From Trichoplax adhaerens (lineage: Eukaryota > Animalia > Placozoa): a DNA stretch of 64,000 nucleotides. The stretch is from contig NW_002060948.1 of the NCBI RefSeq assembly GCF_000150275.1, positions 3,741,360 through 3,805,359 of the forward strand. Direction: 5' to 3'. This document shows, in pieces, positions 52,501 through 64,000 of this stretch (the first letter of the stretch is position 1; every line of letters begins with the position of its first letter). The position numbers and the translations under genes are program-made. The notes beneath the pieces are model-generated. The model saw nothing but the letters and a program-made list of their open reading frames with translations. It had not been told where the DNA came from and did no database searches.

Positions 52501-54396
52501 AATGGAAAATGACTTCTGCCACTTCTCCAGTTTCCTTAGCGCAAATACAAGCCGAAGAAGCTAGGCGAATAGCTGAAGAACAGGTACATAATTGAATTAC
52601 AGGTTTCACTAGACTTTATGAAATCTTATAATTGGAATATTCGTATTTAACAGCGACTACGCCAGCAGCAAGTGCATCTACAGCAACAGCAAACTGATCA
52701 AAATAGAAGTTTTGTTGGAAATTGGGTTTCTAATTCTCGGTAAGTAGTGTGTACCCATTCTTTACTTTTTCATAATAACAAAATTATCAATGCTTTATTA
52801 TATATTTTTTTGCTGGATTATAATTATATCAAATATACTAGCAGCAGTAGTGATGGAATGTCGAATAGTCCGATATCTTTGGTTGATATCCAAAAGGAGC
52901 AATCGTCGCGAAATGAAGAAAAATTACGACAACAACAAATGGTAATAAAGTAGTATTTTATATGATTGTTGATTTATCTTACTAAACTCATTGCTATCTA
53001 TTTGCGTATCAGCAGACATCTGTTTCCTCTAACGTGACCCGGACGTCTGGCTGGGGATCATCACCAATGGTCCATCAGAATGTTAAAGTTCAACCTACAT
53101 CAGGCAACAGTGGTCCAATAAACTCGGGCTTACTTGGTCAGGTTATTTCGTCAAGAGGATTAACTAACGAAACCGTAAAAACACGCAATCCTTTGGATGA
53201 AACGACATTAGTTAATCGTCCAAATCCCTCTCTTCAATCATTTTTTCACCCTGATATTTCTAACAAGTTAGTTTTTAATTACTGTAAATGTGCTTCATGT
53301 TGAAATAATTTGAAAATGTTTAAATACATCAAAATATTTTTCTGTTCTAGATCTGCATTTCCAGAACTTTCAACCAACAAACAAGGTGTAAAAACTTCTC
53401 AAGAGAGGGTAATGACATCTTGCAACTTATTTCATTGAATATTTGTAAATGTGAAATGTAACGTTTCTGCTTTAATGTCAGGGTGATGTTACTCGAGTCT
53501 CTAATACAGCTTATAATCCAGAAAATGCATTGATTCAATGGTGTGAAAGACGTTTAGCTGGAATTGAAACAACTATTGATAGTATGTGTATTATCATATT
53601 ATAACCGTTATCGAATAATTTGTTACTACTTTATTATGTTACTGAAACAAGCTACCGGCCAGTAGTATAATGAACTTTCAAAGTTACGGATTCATTCCTA
53701 TAATATTTTTTTTTCACATAGTCCCGACATTCGCTAGATTCATTTCATCTTTAGGATCTCCTGCCGAGGTATTTACGTTGCGATACTTAATAGTAACGAT
53801 GTATTAGTATTTTATCGTATCTTGTATCATCTAACTAATACCACTTTATCGGAAGGTTCGCGATTATCTTAAGATGTATTTGGGAAGTACAGAAGAAGTA
53901 AAGAATTTTTTCAATGACTATGTTAGGAAAAGACGGGAATGTGAATCGGTTAGAATTATTCATGTTGTATTTTTTGATCGATATTTTTTTAACACACTAA
54001 GTATGCTTTTCATATTAAAAGCAGCAATTTCCAAAAGCCTCACCTGGTAACATGAAAGAAACAACTACAGATATGGAGCCATCAGTAAGGAGTGAAACTC
54101 GCGAGGAATCACAAGTCGAGGTTAATTAAGAGAAAGCGTATTTATTTGTATGACTGATCAGTCAGATAGCAATTTTATAAAATTTGATTAACAAATCTCT
54201 TTCCTTGGACAATCAGGCAAACGAATCACCATCGCCAACATCTAAAAGTAACAACTCTAGTAATGCCAATAATTCGAATAAGAAAAAAAAGAAAAGGATG
54301 CAAAAAGTTGATCCAAGTATATTAGGTTTTAGCGGCAGTTCAGGAGATCGAATTAATCAAGGTGCCATCCAGTCATTGCGTGATGTGGAATATTAA
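43584..54396 (+). CDS. GIGYF: GRB10-interacting GYF protein (GIGYF1/2 orthologue; translational repressor), multi-exon
   Basis: Short first exon MNMSQ (43584-43598); exon 43737-43777 SETSMTFGPEW; after a ~4.6 kb intron, WLRNL..ITSPP..YNKEELI..PLSEEEQRN..SVNSAVALRMTGRGG; then LPEWS..IGTFDGSGAF; GYF domain WLYQDPQGKLQGPF..EMLEWLKAGFF..LPVKRACD; a Q-rich region; SLAQIQAEE; and C-terminal KKKKKRMQKVDPSILGFS. The exact start codon (43584 or 43590) is uncertain. Confidence 0.9.
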
Positions 54397-54969
54397 TATT
54401 GCAATTATCATGCTATCATCATTAAATATTTTACAGATAGCTTACTACATTTTCATTCAATTCATAATTCTTATCCATCAATAATTAAGCCTTATCGTAT
54501 CATATTAATGATAACGTATGAATTGAATTCTGATCTATCTAATACGAGCGAACGGCACTTCTTAACAAGATAAAACTTTACAGCTAGTATCAGCCGCAAG
54601 AGCAATAAAATGTTGTATATATAATAAATATATATATACAGGATCTGTAAACAAATTTACATAAGACAACATCATTTCTACAAGTTAAACTATTCAATAA
54701 ACATATTAGTTGATTTACATTTCATGCTGTTGGATGATTATCGATATTTGGCAATACTCATTTCAGATTGCTATTTAATAGGCTAGAGTAAGTCCATCAA
54801 CAAAAGCAGTTATTTCTTGTATATTTAATATACAGTATAAGTGAGCTGGTGATAGATTATACGTTAGTCTTTAAAGTAAATGTAAGCTGTGCCGATCACC
54901 AATTTAGCAGTCTTAAACACAGCCATATTGTAAATTGGGGTTTTCACCTAATGTCTATGAGGATAATGA

Positions 54970-56298
54970 CTATGATGTCTTTGACAATCGAAATTGTTTA
55001 AATGATACTTTGATACTATCATCTATCAACTCAAATAAGGCTGCATTTGGACCAGACCTTAAAGCAATTGCTTCTGCTGATTCTTGGCAGCTATTGATTG
55101 CTCGACTATCACATAAGCTCACTTTATTTAATAATAACATTTCGATAGTAGAACGCGCTTCACCTTGCCCTCTTGATGCAAGATGCAACGGAGTTTGACC
55201 ACTTCCAGTCTTTGCGTTGATATCAGCGCCAGCTTGTAATAGCAGTGAAGCGATATCAGTATGAAACCAGTGACAAGCGCAATGCAATGGTTGCCAGCCA
55301 TCATTGGTCTCAGCTGAGATATTTGCACCGCGTTTAATTAACATCTCAACTATTTTGATACCGCTATGATTTCCTGCAGCTCGATGTAACGCTGTGTAAC
55401 TAGCAATGAAAATAAAATTAAAGTTCGTTGTTAGTTTATTAGGTCAACTATGAAGTTAGTACGAATTTTAGTTTTGCTATTCTTAAGTTTTCATGGACTC
55501 TTTACCCACTGTAATTGACATAAATCAAGGTGAAAGTATTGTACAGCATATAAAGAAGGTAGTTTTTTTTGGTGTTAATCTATTTTATATTCGTATTCTA
55601 TTCATTAGTTATAATCATTCAATTTAAAATACTGTAAATACAATTAGGATTTAATATTTTTGATAGAAACAAATCCTATCTTGATTGTTTCCTTTTACAA
55701 TATTCAAACAATCAATGCTACAAGTCTATTAGTAATTAGGCAAGTCTTACCCATCACTATCCGTATAGTGTATGATATCGTTACATCGATCGAGCAGTTT
55801 TTGCACTAAACTTTGATTAGCATATTCCGCTGAAGTTAATAAATAGTTTCCAAGTCGGTCATTTAAATTGGTATCTTCAGGACATTGTCCTTGATCGATT
55901 TCGTTGAGAAGTTGATTGATGCAATTTACAGTATCTTCACTCATGAATTCATCTTGATCATCATAATTTGAGCTACTATCTGGATATTGTTTAGACGTCG
56001 AATGCACGTTGAGTAAAGAGGAAGTATTGGTCTGATTGAAGGGATAACGATGCTGTGAGTATTGGGTATTATTTATCTTTAAAATATCACCAGGTACGAA
56101 TCCATCTTGCATCGTTAAGAGTTGAGAAACAAGTCGTTCATGTTCAACTTGCTCCTCTGTATTAATATGATCTTCGTCACTAACTGTCTCCACAGCAACG
56201 TTACTATTCCCTTCATTTCGAACATGTAATACTGGATTATTGGATTGATCGTTTCGATGTAGATTTGATTGACTGTCGTGGCTATCCAATGAATCCAT
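54970..56298 (-). CDS. ANKRD49: Ankyrin repeat protein, ANKRD49-like, 2 exons, 325 aa
   Basis: Exons 55751-56298 and 54970-55399 join in frame: DSDGYTALHRAA...GANISAETNDGWQPLHCACHW..ASLLLQAGADINAKT..GQTPLHLAS, matching the ANKRD49 repeat pattern. Confidence 0.8.
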
Positions 56299-57952
56299 GA
56301 CAGCAACGTTGAATAATTCTAATAGATTGATTTGCGCGTCTCAGGCTTGCCTACTGTACTATATAATGCGTGTATCGTCCAAGGTAATATAACTCTACTT
56401 TACTTGGTTCTCATTTCTCTAACTGCTCAAGGAGAAACGGCAAGCATCGCCTCAAGAAAAATCTTGAAAAGGATCTTCCTGATCTCGGGCTTTGCTGCTG
56501 TTTATCAATCTGGTTAGAGGTCTGGAGAGAACTCTCTCCGGTAGGATCTCTATGGAGACCAGCGAAAGTGACTGTTGGGCCTGGCCTGGTGGAGGAAGTG
56601 ACATACTGTGTTTAATCGTTACCGTAATAATACAGCGAATACACCATGCATAGGAGTGATGTATAGTACAGTATACAGTACCATAGTTATACCATAGTAG
56701 CAATGCGTATTCTTGCGAAAGTGATGTCACCTTAGATGGTCATTTCCTAAATGATAGGGACACCACTAGTGACATCATTTTTGCTAGCAATCGGGCGATA
56801 GAGTACTGAGTGTACAATACCATACAGCAGTGTAATGGCCATCCGTATCACTTAAGCCTAGGATTAAGTTAACAACTGATGTTAGGTTTGAAATGGTTGC
56901 AAAAAAAATGTCATGGCTAGTGCCAACAGAAGTGGAAATGAATTGCTGCGGGTGACATAATATTTTTTTTTAATCAAAATATAGATGAGACTCTAGAATT
57001 GCAGCTCCAAGCTCGAAAATATTTTCATCCGTCCTTATTCTTGTATAACATACTACTATTGCTACTATTTTATACAGATTAACAAGTTTCTACTCGTATA
57101 CAGAATCCTAGACAGGTGCAATGTCTCTGTTAAGACAAGCTATCTAATGGCTATCATGATTGCACATTGAACACGGCAGAAGTAGGTCATAATCGCTAAT
57201 GCTATCATTTTAACTATTTCTATCGATTGCACGTAGTGCAAAGTTAATAGTGTCCATAGTTGTAATGCTTTTGATCTGAAATGTTCTGATTTTATAATAT
57301 TAGCTACAGTGTCCACTGTACCATGGGCTACTAGCGATTCTAGCACCTCCACGACAGTCTATAGTGTGCACTCACTTCGGGTCTAGTGGCCATTTCTTGT
57401 TGGAAAAATCGGTCACCCTATTGGACTGCTAGCTTGAACGATCACTTATTGACAGTGGTGCAAAGGTAACTTAAAAAAGTAAGCTTTCCATTGGACAGAG
57501 TAATCGAGAGTTTAGGTCATGTCCAGGTGATCAGTTAACATCACCATTCCCTGTTAGCTACATCAACTACATACTTCATAGATCTTACGTATTCATTTGT
57601 TCTATGCATCATATTTTGCAAACTTTGTAGCATATCTGTACGTAGATCATTCACGTTTTGACATCTGCAATGCAGTTGATTATCGCTATCGAAAAAGAAA
57701 ATTGGAGCGATTAAGGATCCAACTACTACTGCAGTGTCTTGTAGCAGCCATCAAAGTCGACGCGGATTGCTGGTCTATATTCAGTAGTAGTGACCAAACA
57801 CGATATCACGTCTGGTCAATAACCTATAAGTAATTAGCCTATCGTAGGCAGCTGTTCTATCCAAGACTACTGTATTCTATGTTTCACTATAGTACTCGAA
57901 ACGTACACGAATACTGACTACCACTACTGTTACTACAGCAACTGCAGTGGCA

Positions 57953-58775
57953 TCCAGCCAAGAAGGCATTTCCAGCCAAATAGCCAACCAAGAAGGTTTT
58001 TCTAGCCAAATAGCCAGCCAAGAAGGCATTTCTAGCCATATAGCCAGCCAAGAAGGCATCTCTAATCAAATAGCCAGCTAAGAAGGCATTTCTAGCCAAG
58101 TAGCTAGCCAAAATAGCCAGCCAAGAAGGCATTTCTAGCCAAATAGCTAGTCAAGAAGGCATTTCTAGCCAAATAACCAACCAAGAAGATTTTTCTAGCC
58201 AAATAGCCGGCTAAGAAGGCATTTCTAGCCAAATAGTCAGCCAAGAAGGTATCTCTAGTCAAATAGCTAGCCAAATAGCCAGCCAAGAAGGCATCTCTAG
58301 TCAAATAGCTAGCCAAATAGCCAGCCAAGAAGGCATCTCTAGTCAAATAGCTAGCCAAATAACCAGCTAAGAAGGTATTTCTAGCCAAATAGCTAGCCAA
58401 ATAGCCAGCCAAGAAGGTATTTCTAGCCAAATAGCCAACCAAGAAGGTTTTTCTAGCCAAATAGCCAGCCAAGAAGGCTTTTCTAGCCAAATAGCCAGCC
58501 GAGAAGGCAATTTCTAGCCAAATAGCCAGCCAAGAAGGCATCTCTAGTCAAATAGCTAGCCAAATAGCCAGCCAAGAAGGCATCTCTAGTCAAATAGCTA
58601 GCCAAATAACCAGCCAAGAAGGCATTTCTAGCCAAATAGCTAGCCAAATAGCCAACCAAGAAGGCATTTCTAGCCAAATAGCCAGCCAAGAAGGCATTTC
58701 TAGCCAATAACCAACCAAGAAGGCATTTCTAACCAAATAGCCAGCCAAGAAGGCTTTTCTAGCCAAATAGCCAGT
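57953..58775. repeat. Minisatellite (VNTR): ~24 copies of 30 bp TAGCCAAATAGCCAGCCAAGAAGGCATTTC, with 42 bp variants
   Basis: AAGAAGG anchors spaced mostly 30 or 42 bp apart; the 42 bp variant carries an extra 12-mer TAGCCAAATAGC. The array ends ~125 bp before the HPS3 ATG. Confidence 0.97.
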
Positions 58776-58899
58776 CAATTGCGTAGAAGGAAATGCTCCT
58801 CAGCAATTCTATCATCACGTAGAATTAGCTAGTGGTAACTACCTGGTGTTTACAGTATTACCGAACGATAGAAAGAATGATCAAATTATAACCTTGGAG

Positions 58900-61800
58900 A
58901 TGATGGATAAAATGGAGTCAGATATAGATAAAAATCAAGTGCTATCCTATCATGAATTTAGCCATCATCAAGTTATCCGTGGCTCAGCTGAGCCATTTGC
59001 TGTAGCTTGTAGTTATGATTATATTTTTGTATCGATTAAATCGTGCCAGATTGATGTCTACGAATTACAAAATCCTCATCCACTTCAACAACAGCAGCAG
59101 CAGCAACAACAACAACATCATCATTCTACCATTAACGTTGTTTATGCATTTAAAACTGCAGCTGTAGCTACCATCTTACAATATTGTCAAGTTGGTAATT
59201 ATGTCGCCACGATCGAGCATGATTATAGTCCTAAATCAAAATTACCCGATGTTGCTAGGATTTATTTCAATTGGATCTCAGATGATATTAGTCGATCTCT
59301 TCATGTACGCAAATTAGATCAAAATCAGTATTATCGATTACCATTTGATCATGATAAACGTGTTATGGCTATTGAATTAGTACGCCATCAGCATTTAGTC
59401 AATTTATCATGTTGTCAAACTACTGGTAATATTGCTATCGCCATGGATCATGCAATCATGGTATTTGTCTTAGTTCAAGTGATTCATCCTGTCCATCAAG
59501 GTGGTGATGCAGTCGTTTATGAACCACAACATGCTATGGATATTCAATTACAACACGCTAATATTATCCATCTTGTCTTGTGCCAAAATTATTTGGCTTT
59601 GATAACACAGTATGAGTTTCAAATTGTTCAATTACATTTCTACCAGACCAACAATAATGGCCAACAGCAACAAGATCAATCTATCAATAATTGCAAAAAT
59701 GATGACAACGATCCTAAGCAACATCATCATCAGCGCTCTTTACCAATCTTATCCAATCATCATGAACGCCAACTCATGCTACAAAATGCTAAACAATCCT
59801 CAACAACCATTGAAAAAGATCCTAATTTTGTTCAACTCGATTTAACAAGCTATCGTAATGGTGATGATAGCTTACAGACATTCTATCCATGCTATGTTAG
59901 CCAAAAAAATCATGCCGATCAATCCAACGATCCATCTCCATCGGTTGCAACTGTTATCTTACCTCATTTATTACGAAATCAAATTCGTTATGGAAATCAT
60001 TACGATGGCATTAATTGCATTATTGGCCCTATAGTCCATGCTAAAAATCAAATCTTCAATGTTACTATCGATCCCACATATCAAAATTCAAATGATGTCG
60101 ATGTAACTATTCTACTGTATAAAAAGTTAATGCATGGTAAAAATGACACCAAATTAAATACAACATCATTAAGATACATTTCCTTATTACCAACATATCG
60201 TTCAGGTAGGGCTTAACTAACCACTTGATCATGAGTAAAAAAGCACTATCAGAAAATTGTAATAATCATTACATGATATTGTACGTAGATAGCGTCAATG
60301 ATACACAGTGAAAAAATGATTGAATCTTATAGAATAAATAGTAATAATACTACATGATGATAAGTATTGTACACCTATCGAAAGCTTTCTGTAGCTTCTT
60401 TAAATACTTTAACTGAAGATCCATTTAATATCAACTACATGCTGAAGAGAAGAGCGCCGCATAGCGTATTACTCTTTTATATCTTGGACTGGTTAAAAAA
60501 TTATCTTATTACAATTCATAAATTCAAACAGCTTCTCTGAATATTTATTTAATATTGCAAAATAGACATACTGTAACTACATCAATAGATTGAATATTAC
60601 TACGTAATATCTTACTCTTTATGTACTATATTACATGCAAGTGGCAGTATCATAATCTAAAAATTAAAATAGATTAGCTAAATATCTATTTATTTATATA
60701 CAATACTACATAACATACCATTCTTTATACATTAGATTAGATACAAATAGCAATAATGTATCTATAAATTAAATAGCTTAGTTAAGCATCTACGTATTTG
60801 TTGCTACTAGATTGACATACGCGTATGACTAATATAGCAGATTTACAATTAATGTATTAAATAACATACTGTACAAATCGACAACAACATAATCCTTAGT
60901 AATATATTTCAAATAGCTTAGCTGAGTATCTAGTATCACGAGATAATAGACATAAGAATAACTCAAGTGTGTTAAAGTAATGTATAATTTACCCTATTAG
61001 GGATGCAATAGAATTAATATATAATCCTTAATCTAATATTAAAATGCCAAATCATTTTTAGAGCACTGCTTGATTGATGCTGTATGATTGACCAAGGGTG
61101 AATTTTCTATGTACTCATGCAGGTAAAAAAGAGGAAGATACGAGGACGCAAAGCAATCTACATAACTTATTTAGTTCATCTAGCTGTATTATATGTGGCA
61201 TAACTTGTTTTGTGTCTACCAACAATACTGGATATCACTATAATTTAACGGATGGTATTAATTTATTATCGCAGTATCAATATCCTAATGATATAATTAG
61301 CGTTGATATCCATCAAAATTTACTCTATGCCATTACTACTGATACAGTTATGGTCTACAGTATTAAACTACATGCCAGTGCATCGCCAGATACTCGTTAT
61401 CGAATTCCATCCCTAAAATCAGATACACATATAACACAACAAATAACGAATGATACATCTAACCAACCTATAACTGAAACGATTAATCCCTATGAATTAC
61501 CTCTACTCGATAACTTTACGTGCTCATTAGGTGTACACCGATTTTATTCCCTGACTAAAATTGTTACCTACGCTGACAGAGTCATCTTACTTTCCAAATG
61601 TATCGATAAAACAGTCAAGAAAGCCAGCAGGTAATATTCCATGAATTAACTATTAATTTCTGTTATATCAGATATCTCTTTCAATTAAAATCTATGTATC
61701 ACTGATGATTGAATATACAGTTAATATCATGTATTCTTTATTTTTACTCCAGTGGAATGAATTGGGGAGTTTTATCACCAGCCAAAACTGTTACCACTTC

Positions 61801-62759
61801 TAACGTCATCAGCTGGAATATTTATACAATTTACAACTTTCCTATGACAAAACTTGCTTCGGATATGGTATGAAATTCATATCTTTATCGCTGAAGCACT
61901 CATTCTAACTTTTAAGATCCGATTATGTCGATGTGAAGCTTTTAATGTAGTAATGTAAAATCTAGTATCACATTGAAGTCCTGGTTTAATCCAGCTATAA
62001 ATAGTATTATAGTATTGTCTTTGGCTAAATTGGACAGATTGTCATACTATGTACATATTAAAATCTACTGTACTATAATTTAGTATTTTAGTACTGATAT
62101 ATGCAAACGACTCATAAACTGTAGTTGAAAGGGTTGCTTGATCTTGTAACGATGTATTCAATTAAAGTTGAATTATGATTGAATATCCATATCATGCGGC
62201 AAGATTCTTTACCATTAATCTTGAATTGAGAATAAATAAAGTATTAAAATATTTTATCTTTCGGTACTCTTTTAGTTGAAAGCGGGATTGACATTTAAAG
62301 AAAGTAGTCCTTTAGCCTATCAAGATCTCATATATCAAAGCTACTCAATACTAAGAACTCAGGTATTGTTAGAATTCTTTCGTTTTAGCTATGGGCGAGA
62401 TATATAATCAATCGCTCATTACAATTATTTTTACAACTTGGAATATACCTACCTATGTTGTTGAATAATACTGAATAGCCTTGATACTTATTCAACATAT
62501 GTAATACTAAATGGATGCCGTGATTACAGCTACTTAGTATGCTATCGCTATCTTCCTTGATTTACATGAATGATTTACATTTTGAGGATGGTAAGTCATT
62601 GTAAGAGCTATATCTGTTATTAGATTTTTATGTATGTAAGTATGTGTTATTGAAGCTAAGGGCTAATTTAATTTCGGAATTATTTTATAATTTAGAATTA
62701 AATGAATTAATGCTACCCCTTAGAGAAATGTGTGCATTGCTTGGTGAAAGTTGTTGCAG
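58900..62759 (+). CDS. HPS3: Hermansky-Pudlak syndrome 3 protein (BLOC-2 subunit), 5' part; 3' end not seen
   Basis: QVLSYHEFSHHQVI..EP...FKT...LQYCQVGNYVATIE...ARIYFNW...LSCCQTTGNIAI matches the HPS3 N-terminal domain. Exons 58900-60205, 61123-61630, ~61753-61867 (SWNIY), ~62276-62362 and ~62696-62759. Confidence 0.8.
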
Positions 62760-62893
62760 GTATCGCTTAATCCTTTACCATTATACTAATTGTATGAGTG
62801 CAATTTTGCTACTCCATCTGCAGTCGCACATGTTGCGAAGAATTTTAATTTTACGATTCATTTTTATGAACAATTTGCTGTATTATGATTCTT

Positions 62894-62943
62894 NNNNNNN
62901 NNNNNNNNNNNNNNNNNNNNNNNNNNNNNNNNNNNNNNNNNNN
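62894..62943. other. Assembly gap (50 N)
   Basis: Run of N; a (GA)n microsatellite lies at ~62984-63000 just to its right. Confidence 0.99.
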
Positions 62944-64000
62944 ATAAATGTCTTTCTACTTCCAGTATACCGTAGACTGAGACGAGAGAGAGAGAGAGAA
63001 AGCTGTTTCAGAGAAGAGAACTTGATTACTCTGAAGTTCATCAGGTACAAGATAGAGAGAGAGACAGACAGTACTGCTACACAGAGAAAGGATTCTGAAC
63101 CCAATACGCTAACACACATGATTGGTAGATAAGTGGGCAATAATATTCCATGTCTCACTGGGAAATGATGATACTGTACAGAGTACAACTATTTCTTCAA
63201 ATGCACTATACTCCAGTGTTGTCAGTCCAGTGCAGTCCTTGTAACTTTCTTCTTTTTTGTCGACCGCAAGTGATACACTAATACAAATCATGTTATTACT
63301 CCTACTGTACAGTGTACACTACTAGTATGGCACAACGTCGTGTTTTGATTTATAGTCCGTCGGCAAGAATACCACAAGAAAGAGCTAGTTACATCGAAGA
63401 ATACAGCGTATCGATGTCACCTATCGACAGTATCTCCTTTTTTTTAGATAATTCGACTGCAAACAGTGTATCTAGGAAGCATATCCATGTCACCTATCTA
63501 CCTGTTTTTGGGGGAGATAATCCAACTGCAAATTTTCTTTTTCATGTACAGTATTGCTTTGTGCAGACTATGTTCCTGTTCAAATTGCCATATTACACTA
63601 CACAACAGGCATAGTACAGTCAGTATACAGTACTATAGTCCTCAGCGTTGTGTATACAGAGTGTGTACTGTACTAGAGACTGCTAAAATGAAAGAGACGA
63701 GACAGGAAACGCTAGTTGGCTATACTAATCATGTTCAGACTGATTCCATTAACTGGCCATTTCAACTGTATTTTACGGTACACTGGCTGCGATTGACGTG
63801 GCAATGAGCTGCTATGAGCCTGCAACGTTGATTTTGTGCAGTATAGTATAACGTTTTATCGATAGTGTAGAGTAGAATGAGCATAAAAATGATAAGCCTG
63901 CACATTCTTTGTGCCCTGTGGTCGTCGTTTCCTGTCGCATCTCTTTCTTTTTGGATTAGTCCGTTGTCGAGGTCTGGCGAATTCTTCTTCTTCTTCTTAT

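Noticed and set aside
57877-58778. Minus-strand ORFs (ARNAFLAGYL)n and (MPSWLAIWLE)n
   Set aside because: They are by-products of the 30/42 bp minisatellite; frameshifts between units and no unique domain.

Overview
AT-rich eukaryotic (animal) genomic DNA with compact genes and mostly ~70-130 nt introns. The composition, gene architecture and single-exon orphan GPCR fit a placozoan (Trichoplax-like) genome; this is an inference. I assembled nine protein-coding genes by hand from splice signals and remembered family motifs. In order: a single-exon class A GPCR (+), syntaxin-1-like Qa-SNARE (-), USP48 (+), proteasome beta-1/PSMB6 (-), histone H3.3 (-), Kv channel beta subunit KCNAB (-), GIGYF (+), ANKRD49 (-), and the 5' part of HPS3 (+, interrupted by a 50-N gap). 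The first ~9.5 kb is an accessory zone of decayed local tandem duplications, a probable LRR pseudogene fragment and a decayed L1/Tx1-type reverse transcriptase remnant. I found no tRNA, rRNA, CRISPR array or prokaryote-like system. The most notable window-wide pattern is that nearly every gene has its own unrelated tandem duplication just upstream of its start, often beside clusters of TACAG/CTGTA motifs. Other notable points: a GC-AG first intron in KCNAB, a syntaxin with an extended glycosylatable luminal tail, a GPCR lacking the sodium pocket and DRY acid, a non-standard 4EHP-binding motif in GIGYF, and gene content matching the human 1p36/3q/7q/17p paralogon. All homology calls come from recalled motifs, not database searches.
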